A stretch of DNA of 64,000 bases from Dendrobates tinctorius. Its lineage: Eukaryota. The DNA is taken from positions 1,364,001 to 1,428,000 of the forward strand of contig NW_027361819.1 in NCBI RefSeq assembly GCF_039654945.1, in the 5' to 3' direction. Shown here piece by piece: positions 1 through 13,459 of the stretch (position 1 is its first letter; the number at the start of each line of letters is the position of its first letter). The notes below the pieces were generated by a model. It did no database searches. It was not told where the DNA came from and saw only the letters and a program-made list of their open reading frames with translations. The position numbers and the translations under genes are program-made.

Positions 1-910
1 CACACGGCTCCGCTCCGTACACCTCGTACACATGGCTCCGCTCCGTACACCTTGTACACACGGCTCCGCTCCGTACACCTCATACTCACGGCTCCGCTCC
101 GTACACATGCGGCTCCGCTCCGTACACCTCGTACACACACGGCTCTGCTCCGTACACCTCGTACATATTCGGCTCTGCTCCGGACACCTCGTACACACGG
201 CTCTGCTCAGTACACCTCGTACACACACGGCTCTGCTCCGTACACCTCGTACACACACGGCTCTGCTCTGTACACCTCGTACACACACGGCTCTGCTCCG
301 GACACCTCGTACACACGGCTCTGCTCAGTACACCTCATACACACACTGCTCTACTCCGTACAACTCGTACACACACTGCTCTGCTCCGTACACCACGTAC
401 ACACACTGCTCTGCTCCGTACACCTCGTACACACGGCTCCGCTCCGTACACCTCGTACACACACGGCTCCGCTCCGTACACCTCGTGCACACACGGCTCC
501 GCTCCGTACACCTCGTGCACACACAGCTCCGCTCCATACACCTTGTACACACGGCTCTGCTCCATACACCTCGTACACATATGGCTCGACTCCACTCCGT
601 ACACCTCGTACACACACGGCTCCGCTCCGTACACATGGCTCCGCTCCGTACACCTTGTACACACGGCTCCGCTCCGTACACCTCATACTCACGGCTCCGC
701 TCCGTACACACGCGGCTCTGCTCCGTACACCTCGTACACACACGGCTCCGCTCCATACACCTAGTACACGCGGCTCCGCTCCGTACACCTCGTAAACGCG
801 GCTCCGCTCCGTACACCTCGTACTCACGGCTCTGCTCCGTACACACGCGGCTCTGCTCTGTACACCTCGTACACACACGGCTCCGCTCCGTACACCTCGT
901 ACACGCGGCT
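1..910. repeat. 30-bp CpG-rich minisatellite (unit ~GGCTC(C/T)GCTCCGTACACCTCGTACACACAC), runs off window start
   Basis: Direct tandem periodicity; explains the HGSAPYTSYT / RLRSVHLVHT pseudo-ORFs. Confidence 0.95.
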
Positions 911-1169
911 CCCGGTGCAGGACATATCATGATCCTCTCACATGGCCGGCATCCCCGATTCCAAGGCGATCCTGCTGTCCTCGCTGTCGGAGGAGGACAT
1001 GGTGATGGATCTGAAGCATTCCTAGTTCCCTCACAATCTCCTCATGAAATTACCTAATTTCCGGTCAGCTTCCAGCACATCACTTCCGGTGGACCGTCAT
1101 GTGTGAGTTTTAAAATGCTCCTCTGGGCTCCACCGTGTACTCCTGGGTCCGTGGGAAAAGCCCACTTTG

Positions 1170-2272
1170 TATGCTTCGTACACACTTGGCTCTGCTCCGT
1201 ACATCCAGTACACATATGGCTCCACTCCGTACACACGACTCCGGTCCGTACACCCCGTACACACGTGGCTCCACTCCGTACACCAAGTACACACACGGCT
1301 CCAGTCCGTACACCTCGTACACGTGCGGCTCTGCTCCATACACACGGCTCTGCTCCGTACACCTTGTACACATGGCTCCGCTGTGTACACCTCGTACACA
1401 CACGGCTCCTCTCCGTACACCTCGTACACACGCGGCTCCGCTCCGTACACTTCGTACACACGCGATTCCGCTCCGTACACCTCATACACACGCGGCTCCG
1501 CTCCGTACACCTCATACACATACGGCTCGACTCCACTCCGTACACCTCGTACACACACGGCTCCGCTCCGTACACCTCGTACACATGGCTCCGCTCCGTA
1601 CACCTTCTACTCACGGCTCCGCTCCGTACACCTCATACTCACGGCTCCGCTCCGTACACATGCGGCTCCGCTCCGTACACCTTGTACACACACGGCTCTG
1701 CTCCGTACACCTCGTACATATTCGGCTCTGCTCAGTACACCTCGTACACACACGGCTCTGCTCCGTACACCTCGTACACACACGGCTCTGCTCCGTACAC
1801 CTCGTACACACACGGCTCTGCTCCGTACACCTCGTACACACACGGCTCTGCTCCGTACACCTCGTACACACACGGCTCTGCTCCGTACACCTCGTACACA
1901 CACGGCTCTGCTCCGTACACCTCGTACACACACGGCTCTGCTCCGTACACCTCGTACACACACGGCTCTGCTCCGTACACCTCGTACACACACGGCTCCG
2001 CTCCGTACACCTCGTACACACACGGCTCCGCTCCGTACACCTCGTACACACACGGCTCCGCTCCGTACACCTCGTACACACACGGCTCCGCTCAGTACAC
2101 CTCGTACACACGCGGCTCCGCTCCGTACACCTCGTATACACGCGGCTCCGCTCTGTACACCTCGTAGACACGCGGCTCTGCTCTGTACACCTCGTACACA
2201 CGCGGCTCTGCTCCGTACACCTCGTACACACGCGGCTCTGCTCTGTACACCTCGTACACACGCGGCTCTGCT
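1170..2272. repeat. 30-bp minisatellite, second block (unit A)
   Basis: Near-perfect 30-bp units at 1740-2270. Confidence 0.95.
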
Positions 2273-5200
2273 ACATCTACCCTGTAAACCCCTCCTGACC
2301 CCACACATAATTCTCTCATCCAGCACCACAACACCAGCACAGCAGAGTCCTGCAGACACCATGAGGCAAGGCTGAGCGCACAGGACCTGTGATGAGGTCA
2401 CAGGAGGGGCGGAGTCAATGGTCACATGATCAGGGGTCTGGACAAAGGCTACTGATCATGTGACTTTTTTTAAACAGCAGAAAAAAAGGCAGCAACACTT
2501 ACCTGCCCAGGTCTAAGAACAAATGCACTGCAGGGTGCAGCCAGCCCATAAAGCAAGATGTCAGCAACACAGGTACAAAATACCAGATTAACAGCCACTC
2601 TCCACCTACTCATTCCTGGAGGGGGCGACTGCCCAGTATAAAACTGCACAATAAAGGCCGGCATAGGGCGCTGTTCACACAAGGGAACTACACTGTGTCT
2701 GGCTCACAGCCTATTAGTCACGCCCCTACTATTCGACTAGGCGGGCTGGCCAGCACACCCTCAATGCATCCCAGTGTGAACACCCCTCATACGGGAACAA
2801 ACGTGTTTGGGCTCGGCTGCACTCTGAAAATTAATATTGTGCTATAAGTACACAATTAGTGAGGTATTAGCTGATATTTTGGCCAAAATACTTGAGCCCG
2901 TAAATTGCGCCAAAGTTCCTCATGCTTACGGGTCCCTACATTAAACTAGTTATGTGACCCCCCTGACTCCTCCCCTCCTGTGACCTCATCACAGGTCCTG
3001 TGTACAGAGAAGGGAGCAGGCAAGCGACGCTGTGGGTGGCTGCAGGGAGGTCTCATGCTAGGGCGAGGATGGGGTGCGTGGCGGCTCATCTCCCTGCAGT
3101 GCGGGACAGAAATATCCCGGGAGGGTTGGAAACTATAACCGCCGTGCACACAGAGGGCCGGCGGCAGGAACAACAGCCAGGCCAGTGGCCACATCAGCGG
3201 GCAAGCGGCCAGATGAACGGGCGCTGCCGCCCGCGGCCCACATGACAGCGGCCCAGCGGGTAAATGCCCGGTTGGGCATATTACCAATCCGGGCCTGGGC
3301 TGGAGCATTAGTTCAGCCTCCTGCACATCGGAGCTCTGGACTCCCCCGATGCAGGAGCTGCAGTACGGCCGCAGTGGATGGGGGCACATCGGGGGTCCGG
3401 AGCGCCGCTGTGCAGGGTAAACAGGGAGGGGACAGAGCACTAAATCAGATCTGTGGCCCCTTCATTCTCAGGGTCTGTGACATATGGAAAGTATATACCA
3501 TAAATATATAAAAGGTACAAATTCTACGTACAGGACTCATCTCCACCAATCAGCTCTTCGTCTGTGGCCCTTGAGGAGTTTCTGTTGTATTTTTGCTGAA
3601 TAATAAATGCAGCGTCTTGGACTATGTTCACACAGTGGGTTTTTTCTCCACAGGCACAATCTGCTCTCCTGGCAGTAAGAATCTTGTTTAAAAATCAGGT
3701 CTTGTATAGTTTTTGTTGCTTTTTTTCCTGTGTTTTTGTACATTTGTCTCTTGTGCATGCTGATAAAGTTTAGTGCATAAAAAAAAATGGAAAATGCTGA
3801 GACGTGACCGGCTGCATCCTGCAAAATCCGAGGTATTCCCCAAAACACTGAGGACACAGACCGAGCCGTGTGCAGGAGATTTCTGACATCTCATAGACTT
3901 TGCTGGGACAGTAAAAGCTAAAATTTGCATAAGAAAACGAAGAAAAAACATAATGTGAACATAGCCTTACAGTTGTAGCAAAGAGGATGAGATTTATGGA
4001 GATTTCTTCCCCTCTATGCTCCTTTTTTGCGCAGAGTAATCTGCCCGTTTCCACACTGTGAAGTCCTGGTGCAAAGAAACAGGGAAGAATGAGGGACTCT
4101 GCCCCCTGGTGGAGGTGTGCAGGGCAGGCACAATCTGACGGGAGTAGTAGTGAGGTGATCGTCCTCGTGTAGACGGCTGCTCCACCTGGAAAGCTGACTT
4201 ATTAATACAATGGCGAGGCCAAACATGAGAATAAGTGTTCTGGTCCCGCTGCAAGATACGGTTTATATTTCCTAAATATTATATTTGATTTCTTGGGAAT
4301 AAAGTTCTTTAGAATCCGATCACCACGGATACGGAACCAATGCCGGCATAATATCTTCCTAGCGGAGGCTCGGCCTTCACTACAGGAGGTGATGAGACAA
4401 AATTGAAATTCAGCCATATTCTCAGTAGTTTTAGCATTTTTTCCTCATCTAATCTCCTGTCCTTTTCTTTTTACTACATTCCTTCTGGGACGTCCGTCTG
4501 GAGGCGTCTGTAAGGATATCTTCAGGGCAGCCATTAGTCAGAAACCTCTCTTTGTAGGAGACGTGACGTATATTAGGCCACATCTAAGGTGCCATTCCTT
4601 CTGATCCCCCAATACTGGCAGTGTGGGACATGTTTTATCCACTCCAGGAGACAACACCTCCAAATTCCAGAAAGCTGCTAATATCCACATTTCTAAGTAA
4701 TATGTATGATACAATCTTGTCTGTAGGATCTTGTGAGATTGTGACATCTAGAAATGAGAGAGAATAGTTCGGATTAAACACCAGACCTCGCGGGGTCAGT
4801 GTCAATCACGGAACACAACATCCAGCTTCATGAACAGTAACTGAGCAAATGAGAAATAAATCATCAATAAAAGGTTTATAAAAACAGATGCGAACGATGA
4901 AGAGGGACTCAAAATGCCCCAGTAACAAGTTTACATAACCGGGCGTGAAACGAGACCCCATCGCACAACCCCTCGTCTGCCGGTAGATCACATCCCCAAA
5001 CAGGACTGCCACTAGGAATTTTGGGGCCCCATACTGGCAAAATTTTCAGGGCCCCATTGAGACTCCACCCCTCAAACTGTCCACAGTCCCACCGCTCTCT
5101 CTTGGAAAAACTCCACTTCTCACCTATCACACATTAACAGTTCCCATCACCAGATCACACATGTAGTCGGCAGCTTTTGCTTTGGACAAAAGATTTTTTT

Positions 5201-5329
5201 AAGCCGCCAACATAACAGGGTAGACTCTTTTGGCCGGGCTCTACTCTACTGTAACCTATTAAATATTTGTTAAAATATGCAATACACTGTAGGTATATTT
5301 TTATTTATTTTTCAATTTTTAAAATGACC

Positions 5330-5700
5330 AATAATATCACATACAAGGAACAAATACCGCTACACCATGACCAGACCACATATTACCACCACATAGTGAC
5401 CTATAATACCACATACAAGGAACAAATATCACCACACCATGACAAGACCACATATTACTACCATAGTGACCGAATAATATCATATACAAGGAACAAATAC
5501 CACCGCACCATGCCCAGACCACATATTACCACCATAGTGACAGAATAATATCATATACAAGGAACAAATATCACCGCACCATGCCCAGACCACATATTAC
5601 CACCAAAGTGACCAAATAATAGCACACACAAGGGACAAATATCACCGCACCATGGCCAGACCACATATTATCACCACATGGTGACTGAATACTACAATAC
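5330..5700. repeat. ~65-bp tandem repeat inside hAT element
   Basis: Recurrent ATACAAGGAACAAATA...CCAGACCACATATTACCACC units. Confidence 0.85.
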
Positions 5701-6399
5701 TGATCATTAATAAAAAAACATAATACTATCATCATAAGTGCCATTATACACAGGAGATCTTTATTTAGTATGCAGTGTCTGTGTACAGGTAATATAGTGA
5801 TCAATGACATTATACACAGGAGCTCTGTATATAATGTACAGGTAACACAGTGATCACTGGTGACATTATACACAGGACCTCTGTATATATAGTATACAAT
5901 GTATAGTGTCAGTGAACAGGTAACACACTAACTCACCAGAGACGTCTCTAGGTGAAGTCCTTCATCCTTGCTTTTCATCTTTCATCCAGCACAGACCGCC
6001 ATCACATCTTTCAGCCAGGACTTGTCTCTGCAGGAAATAACACAGTTATCTAGAGCTCCGCTTGCAGAAAACATTACTTATTTTTTCCCAACTTCTGCAT
6101 TACACCACATGAAGAAAAAAAGGCGACATAGTGTCGCTCTGCACAGTAACAGGACCGCCTCCCATTTAAAACAGTATCCTCAAAAAATTAAATACATCAC
6201 TGCAGTAATAATATCCCTTAATTAGCCCCTATGGTAATAATATCCCCCATCCTGACCCCCGTGTGTCTCATTCCTGGCTTTAGCCATATGTTCTCCCATC
6301 GCGCCCTCATGAGTATCCATTCTGCCCCCATATGATCTCCATCGTATCTATCCTGCCCCATGATCCTGTGTGATCTGTGTCCAATCATGCCCCGTATCT

Positions 6400-7423
6400 C
6401 CATTCTGCCCCAGTCCAGCATTCTGCCCCATGTTCACCATTCTGCCCCATGTTCAGCATTCTACCCCAGTCTCCAGCATTCTGCCCCATGTCCACCATTC
6501 TGCCTGCAGTCCAGCATTCTGCCCCAGTCTCCAGCATTCTGCCCCATGTCCAGCATTCTGCCCCAGTCTCCAGCATTCTGCCTCTGTCTCCAGCATTCTG
6601 CCCCCATGTCCAGCATTCTGCCCCCAGTCCAGCATTCTGCCCCATATCCAGTATTCTGCCCCATGTCCAGCATTCTGCCCCAGTCTCCAGCATTCTGCCT
6701 CTGTCTCCAGCATTCTTCCCCCATGTGCAGCATTCTGCCCCATGTCCAGCATTCTGCCCCAATAAAGCATTCTGCCCCATGTTCACCATTCTGCCCCAGT
6801 CCAGCATTCTGCCCCATGTTCACCATTCTGCCCCAGTCCAGCATTCTGCCCCATGTTCACCATTCTGCCCCATGTTCACCATTCTGCCCCATTCTCTAGC
6901 ATTCTGCCCCATATCCAGCATTCTGCCCCATGTCCAGCATTCTGCCCCAGTCTCCAGCATTCTGCCCCATGTCCAGCATTCTGCCCCAGTCCAGCATTCT
7001 GCCCCCATGTCCAGCATTCTGCCCCAGTCTCCAGCATTCTGCCCCAGTCTCCAGCATTCTGCCCCAGTCCAGCATTCTGCCCCATGTCCAGCATTCTGCC
7101 CCATATCCAGCATTCTGCCCCATGTCCAGCATTCTGCCCCAGTCTCCAGCATTCTGCCTCTGTCTCCAGCATTCTGCCCCCATGTGCAGCATTCTGCCCC
7201 ATGTCCAGCATTCTGCCCCAGTCCAGCATTCTGCCCCAGTCCAGCATTCAGCCCCATGTTCAGCATTCTGCCCCATATCCAGCATTCTGCCCCAGTCCAG
7301 CATTCTGCCCCAGTCCAGCATTCAGCCCCATGTTCAGCATTCTGCCCCATGTCCAGCATTCTGCCCCATGTTCAGCATTCTGCCCAGAGTCCAGCATTCT
7401 GCCCCAGTCCAGCATTCTGCCCC
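6400..7423. repeat. 18-21-bp minisatellite (CCAGCATTCTGCCCC core) inside hAT element
   Basis: Direct tandem periodicity. Confidence 0.95.
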
Positions 7424-8251
7424 CGGGCCCCCTGGATCGCCGCTGTCAAAAAAAAAAAAAAAAAGTTCTCCTTACCTGGCCGCGCTCCAGCGGCGGGCGA
7501 GGCTCAGTCCCTCCACGCTGCAGCGCGCTCTAGCCGGCGACTAACACTGATGTCAGACGCCAGATATGTGCGCGCTGCGGCTGACGTCAGCTGCCAGCCT
7601 CCGATTGGCTGTCAACTGTTCACTATAGGGCCCGCATGTCAATAGAGTTTAGCTGCCGCCTGCAGTGCCGCTAGCCAGGGCCCGGTTTATCTGCCGGTAG
7701 GGGCCCGGTGAGCAGAGGAGACCGGGCCCCATACGCCAGTCAGGGCAGTAATGCCCTGATGGCGGCCCTGTCCACAAAGGAAAAATCATTGTGGTTCTAA
7801 ATAAATCTAATACCCTGGATCAAAACCCCAATCTGGCCCCGGGAAAGTTCTGTTATTGTACAAATATATTTCTATGGCTTCTCCACACAAATTAGGCTGA
7901 ATATTAGAGTCTAAAGAATTTACATCTAAAGTGAAAATTACACCGTGAGATGTTCAGATGTGACCGAATTCATCTATAAGATGGGAAGAATCCCGTGAAA
8001 GAAAGGACTGGAGAAATAAATCGGTGTAGTGGGATAAATTCCAAGTGATTGACCCGATCCCCGAAATGATGGGACGTCTGGGGATTATTAATATCTGTAT
8101 GCAGGTTTGGCAAATAATAACAATGAGGTATTTGTATAGTTCTTTATTAATAACAAATCTCTGTCTCTTATGTAGAATTTCCACCCGCTCTGCTGCTAAA
8201 ATCACATTCCGATACTGGATAAATGGCAATCAGAGGAAATAGTCTGATAAT

Positions 8252-8300
8252 AATATGTTAGCGCTATATAAAAATAAAGATTATTATTATTATTATTATT
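8252..8300 (+). mobile_element. Extremely 5'-truncated L2-like LINE 3' tail
   Basis: AATATGTTAGCGCTATATAAAAATAAAG(ATT)n flanked by ATAAT duplication; empty site GTCTGATAATGTCTT in PLE relic copies at 15660, 34360 and 59010. Confidence 0.7.
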
Positions 8301-9699
8301 ATAATGTCTTATCCCCGATATTCGCTGGGATTCAGAGGTGTTTGCAGTGAGATCCCAGATAGCGGCTCCTCCACCTTCATCAGCGGCCCTTATAATTGTA
8401 TCCCCAGTGCTCCTTAACCCCTTCACGACATATGATGTACAGTTACGCCGTATGTCGGGTCCCTGCCTGTGATGGGGGATACGGACACAACGAGTGTAAT
8501 ACACATGTAACGCTGAGGCCGTGTTCACACTTAGTGTAGATGCTGCGTTTATTTGCTGAAGATGTGAATCCGCCTTTTTAACAGTTTTTAATAGTGTAGA
8601 AAAGCTTTGATTCTGAGCTTAAAAATGCAGCAGCGTTATTTTACATGCTTTTCTTTAGGCTCCAGATAGAAGTCTATAGAGGGGAAAAAGCACCAAAACC
8701 GCAGAGTTCAGCAGGGTCTTTGGACCACAGGGGACGAAGATTTCAGGAGATCACATTCACTTTGCTCAGACATTTAGACCATGTTCCCATGTAGCAGAAA
8801 TGTAGATTTTCTTTCTGCACAGAAATTCTGCTGTTTATCTCCAAGCAAAGTGGATGTGATTTCATGAAAATTGCGCCCCCCGGTGGCCTAATGACGCTGC
8901 TGAATTCTGCAGATTTTGGAGCGGTTTTCTTCTCTCTCGTCTTCTATGTGTAGCCTAAAAAAACACAAGTAGAAAACTGCAGATACTTTATTAAGTGCAG
9001 AATCAAAGCTTTTCTGTACTATAAAAAACACATTAAAAGCGCGGCCTCTAGTGATGAGAGAACGTGCTCGGTAAGGTGTTATCTGAGCATGCTCGGGTGC
9101 TAACAGAGTGTCTTCAGCGCGCTCCAAATATATATTAGAGTCTCCGCAGCTGTTAGACAACCACAAGACATGCTGGGAATGCCCGTTTGTTAGACAGCCG
9201 ACCTGGAGACAGCGGACAGTCCTGGCTGTCTACTGATTGTCTCCTGCCAGGGTAGAATGAAATGGTAAATGGGCGTGGTTAGGGGTGTGGTCATGGGCGT
9301 GGTTAGGGGTGTGACCATGGGCGTGGTCAAACTTTTCACAGCACACTGTGCGCACTGCGTTTTTTGATTTCCATTGAATACATTGGCACTGTGCACACGC
9401 TGCGGATCTGTAGCAGTTTCTGCTGCGGTGTACAGCACCTTTATATGCAATGGGAAAAAAACTGCAGTGCACACGGTGCGGATTTTTCCGCGGTTTGAAA
9501 ACAGCAGCATGTCACGTCTTTGTGCGGAATCCGCAGTGGTTTCACTCCTTCTCCATTGCAGAGGTGGGAAACCGCAGGGGAAAACCACAGGCTAATCCGC
9601 AACATGTGCACACAGCCTAAGTGTGACTCAGCAGTGAGCACAACCGAGGAGCTGTAGGGGTTAATGATCCTGCACAGACTCTCCGCTTTCCTACTGGGA

Positions 9700-9723
9700 G
9701 GAAACTTTTCCACTTTCAGTTCC
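9700..9723 (+). promoter_or_regulatory. Candidate kB-like / ISRE-like motif (or 3' splice acceptor) just upstream of TRIM ATG
   Basis: GGAAACTTTTCCACTTTCAGTTCC; reverse strand GGAACTGAAAGTGGAAAA resembles IRF/ISRE sites; identical at 28659-28682 and 54259-54282, degenerate before copy 4. Confidence 0.35.
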
Positions 9724-9740
9724 TGCTCTTTCCCACTACA

Positions 9741-11309
9741 ATGGCGTCTGCGGAGCTGAGGGACGAGCTGAACTGCTCCATCTGCCTGAGCCTCTATACA
9801 GATCCCGTATCCCTGAGATGTGGACACAACTTCTGCCGCTCGTGTATTGTGAGTGTGCTGGATGCCCAGGAGGCGGCTGGAGGGTATTCCTGTCCTGACT
9901 GCAGAGCAGAATATCTGGAGCGTCCGGCCCTGGAGAAGAGCCGAAAGCTGAGGAACATAGTGGAGCGTTTCTCATCTACTCAGCCTGGTATGGAGGAGAC
10001 CAGGATCTTCTGTACTTACTGTACAAAGTCTCCTGTACTGGCAGTAAGGACATGTCTGCAGTGTGAGACCTCCATGTGTGAGGAACATCTCACAGCCCAT
10101 AACAAGTCGGTGAATCACAATCTCATTGAACCAACAGTGTCGTTTAAGGGTCAGAAATGCTCCACACACAAGGAGGTGCTGAAATATTACTGTCCTGTAG
10201 ACGCCGCCTGTATCTGTGTGTCCTGCTGGGTGGCCGGAGAACACAGGGGACATTACGTGGAGCTACTGGATGAGGCCTCTGAGAAGAAGAAGGAGAAACT
10301 AAAGGAATATCTGAATGATCTGAACCCACAAAAAACAGTTATTCAGACAAGAGTCCAGAATCTGCAGGATCGTAAAAGAAAGATCCAGGAGAAAGCCTCC
10401 GATAAGACGAAGAACATCAGTAAGAGATTTATGGATATCAAGGAGCAACTGGAAATGGCAGAAAAGAAAGTTCTGAGCGAGGTCTCCAGGCAGGAGGAGA
10501 AGATTGTGTCCAAGATATCTGATCTGATCAAGAAGCTGGAAATACAGGAGGACGAGCTGTCCAGGAAGATGTGTCACGTGGAGGAGATGTGTCGTGTCAC
10601 CGACCCAATAAGACTCTTAGAAGAAAGTGACATTACAGTATGTAGTCATGGAGGTGATAAGGACACCGGGGGAGATGGTGGAGAGGTCAGTTCTGAGGAG
10701 GATCTGGATGAGGTTCTGATCTCACTGACCTTACTCCGATCTATGAGGGATATTGTCACCAATGTAACATCAGAGCTCGGGGTCCATGTCCCAGACATAT
10801 TGCTGGATGTGGACACTGCTCATAGAAGGGTGAAGGTATCAGAAGATCTGAAAACAGCAACAGATTCAGATAACAAACAGGTGAGGCCAGAATCACCAGG
10901 GAGATTTGTGACTTATTCCCAAGTCTTAAGCAGATGTGGTCTCTCCTCAGGACGACATTACTGGGAGGTAGAGAGGAACCAGATAGGAGACTGTTCTATC
11001 GGATTGTCCTATCCAACTATAGAAAAGGAAGGAGATAAGTCTGCTATTGGATGTAATGATAAATCTTGGTGTTTGTGTAGGTATGATGAGGAATATAATG
11101 TATGGCACAACTCCGATGTATTATCCCTCAGTGTAGAGCCAACATGTCCAACACTTGGTATCTTCTTAGACTATGAGGCCGGGCGTCTGTCCTTCTATGA
11201 GCTGTGTGACCCCATCAGACACTTACACACCTTCACCGCCTCCTTCACTGAACCCCTACATGTTATCATCTATGTGGATTATGGGGCCTCTGTTACAATA
11301 AGAAGCTGA
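9741..11309 (+). CDS. TRIM E3 ubiquitin ligase, RING-B1-B2-CC-PRY/SPRY (TRIM25/TRIM39/finTRIM-like), single coding exon, copy 1, 522 aa
   Basis: RING CSIC..CGHNFC..C..CPDC; B-box1 CTYC..CLQC..C..H; B-box2 C..H..C..C..C..H..H; coiled coil; PRY LDVDTAHRRV; SPRY SGRHYWEVE, LDYEAG.LSFY. Confidence 0.96.
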   Translation: MASAELRDELNCSICLSLYTDPVSLRCGHNFCRSCIVSVLDAQEAAGGYSCPDCRAEYLERPALEKSRKLRNIVERFSSTQPGMEETRIFCTYCTKSPVLAVRTCLQCETSMCEEHLTAHNKSVNHNLIEPTVSFKGQKCSTHKEVLKYYCPVDAACICVSCWVAGEHRGHYVELLDEASEKKKEKLKEYLNDLNPQKTVIQTRVQNLQDRKRKIQEKASDKTKNISKRFMDIKEQLEMAEKKVLSEVSRQEEKIVSKISDLIKKLEIQEDELSRKMCHVEEMCRVTDPIRLLEESDITVCSHGGDKDTGGDGGEVSSEEDLDEVLISLTLLRSMRDIVTNVTSELGVHVPDILLDVDTAHRRVKVSEDLKTATDSDNKQVRPESPGRFVTYSQVLSRCGLSSGRHYWEVERNQIGDCSIGLSYPTIEKEGDKSAIGCNDKSWCLCRYDEEYNVWHNSDVLSLSVEPTCPTLGIFLDYEAGRLSFYELCDPIRHLHTFTASFTEPLHVIIYVDYGASVTIRS

Positions 11310-12952
11310 GGCCGATGTCGTCCTCGTCACATTATAATGACATTATTCCTTGTCACATGGACACATCAGTATATAGTGAGTTATCAGCGGGACCCTCTAA
11401 TAATACAATGTATATGGCGGAGTCATGGGGGGATTGTTCCTATTGTTTTTTCCTCTTCCCTGTAGATCAGATGCAGAATCAATGATTGAGCAGAATGTAA
11501 ATATTAATGGGTGAATTGTCCTGAGACTGGTAGTTGTTATTCAGTAAAGGGTTAATCCTATCTGATACAGTGCTGGGATATGTCAGCACTCTCTGACTCC
11601 CGGGACCCCCACCGATCCTGAGAATAAAGGGGCTGCAGCATTAGTTCAGCCTCCTGCACATCGGAGCTCTGGACTCCCCCGGTGCAGGAGCTGCAGTACG
11701 GCCGCAGTGGATGGGGGGCACATCGGGGTCCGGAGCGCCGCTGTGCAGGGGAAACAGGGAGGGGATGCAGCAGTAAATCAGCTCTGTGGCCCCTTCATTC
11801 TCAGGGTCTGTGACATATGGAAAGTATAGACCATAAATATATAAAAGGTACAAAATCTACATAGAGGACTCTCGCCTCCACCAATCAGCTCTTCGTCTGT
11901 GGCCCTTGAGGAGTTTCTGTTGTATTTTTGCTGAATAATAAATGCAGCGTCTTGGACTATGTTCACACATTCAGTGTTTTTCCTCCACAGGCACAATCTG
12001 CTCTCCTGGCAGTAAGAAACTTGCAGGTTTTGCTTAGTTTTTGTTGTTTTTTTTCCTGTGTTTTTGTGCATTTATTTCTTGTGCATATTCACCATCAGGT
12101 TTCTGGCACAAAAAAAAGTGGTAAAACCTGATTTCTGCGTCTTTTCAGCGTTTTTGCACCACCCATTGCTTTCTATTGGTGGAAAACACTGGAAAATGCT
12201 GAGACGTGACCGGCTGCATCCTGCAAAATCCGAGGTATTCCACAAAACACTGAGGACACAGACCGAGCCGTGTGCAGGAGATTTCTGACATCTCATAGAC
12301 TTTACTGGGACAGTAAAACGCAGATAAAATTTGCATAAAAAACCCAGAAAAAAAATAACGTGTGAACATGAACATAGCCTTACAGTTCTAGCAAAGTGGA
12401 TGAGATTTCTAGAGATTTCTTCCCTCTGTGCTTCCTTTTTGTTTCCGCACTGTGTCAGTTCCTCTCGCGGCTCTGCTGGGTTTTTTGTAGATTTTCACCA
12501 TAGAATTGTATTACGGTAGATGTGGAAAATCTGTGGCATAAAACACATGATCCCATGACCGCATCAAAGATTTGTCAAATTCAAGCAAGTTTCAAAAACA
12601 AAGCAGCTTTATTTAAAGCATGACAAACCACAAAGACAAAAACCACAAAATCAAAAATGTGATAAAAACACATATAAAAAGCCGCACTCCAAAATGTAAT
12701 GTAGGTAATTAGTGCAGAAAATCTACAACATCAGAAACTCCCCGATTCCTCCTCTCGGGCATGTGGCCTCAGGCTGAGTTCACACTGAGTTTTCTCTACA
12801 AGGATTTAGAAAGAGATTCTGCTCCTAAAACCTCATAGAGAACTGTGTCAAATACTCTGAATAAGTTTCCGACTGAACTGAATGGGGAAAGCTCCTTTAG
12901 TGCAGGCAGAGCTGTTTTTCACGTTATTTTGAGCATTCCCCAGTGACCCTAA

Positions 12953-13231
12953 GGGTACGTGCACACGCTGAGGAATGCTCTGCGGATTAGCCTGCGGATT
13001 ATCATCTCTACAATGGAGGAGAAGGCAAACCGCTGCGGAATCCGCAGAAAAGAATGACCAGACAATTCTTTCTGTGGATTGGAAACCGCAGCAAAAAACG
13101 CGCGGAAAACTCCGCACCGTCTGCACTGCGGTTTCCATTTTGCATAAGATATAATGTTACTGTAAAACGCAGAGAATTCTGCTGCGGATCCGCAGCGCCA
13201 GATCCAGAATCCGCAGCGTGTGCACACACCC
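12953..13231. mobile_element. Harbinger/Tourist-like MITE (unit A only)
   Basis: TAA TSD on both sides; TIR GGGTACGTGCACACGCTG / CAGCGTGTGCACACACCC. Confidence 0.8.
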
Positions 13232-13459
13232 TAATAGGAAGATTATTCCGAGGATCTGGAGCTTTATTTGTGGTAAAATCCTCTCTATAAACAATATGAA
13301 TAACAAAGATGAAGAGGTGACACCGGCAGACGGCGCTCTGCACAAGGGCAGGGGTTTGTTCCTGACGGTCTAATGTTTCAGGACAGACATGGAGGCCACT
13401 TGTCTAATCCACATTCTAGAGCCAAACAGGTGAAGAAGATAAAACCGGAGGCTCCATGG

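Larger units (their letters stand above)
5001..7770. mobile_element. Non-autonomous hAT-like DNA transposon carrying internal tandem repeats
   Basis: 8-bp TSD TCCCCAAA (4993-5000) / TCCACAAA (7771-7778); imperfect TIRs CAGGACTGCCACTAGG / CCTGATGGCGGCCCTG; empty site CATCCCCAAAGGAAAA at 14875, 33575 and 58518. Confidence 0.85.
4060..8415 (-). pseudogene. Decayed Penelope-like element RT relic (copy 1), split by hAT insertion
   Basis: Fragments in PLE order on minus strand: IIRAADEGGG (PADKG-like), RPIISGIGSIT, QTRGCAMGS, FYKPFIDDLFLI, RKILCRHW linker; many stops and frameshifts; ends approximate. Confidence 0.8.

Noticed and set aside
1-2425. Long ORFs in all six frames (also 19290-21381)
   Set aside because: Products of a stop-poor 30-bp minisatellite; no domain content
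6360-7645. QHSAP/SSILP/PAFCP repeat ORFs up to 424 aa (also 25320-26604)
   Set aside because: Minisatellite inside a non-autonomous hAT; reading frames differ between the two duplicates
8414-11555. TRIM gene as cargo of a piggyBac-like element (TTAACCCCTT at 8414, AAGGGTTAA at ~11547)
   Set aside because: Complementarity does not extend beyond ~9 bp; the left end looks like an isolated MITE fragment
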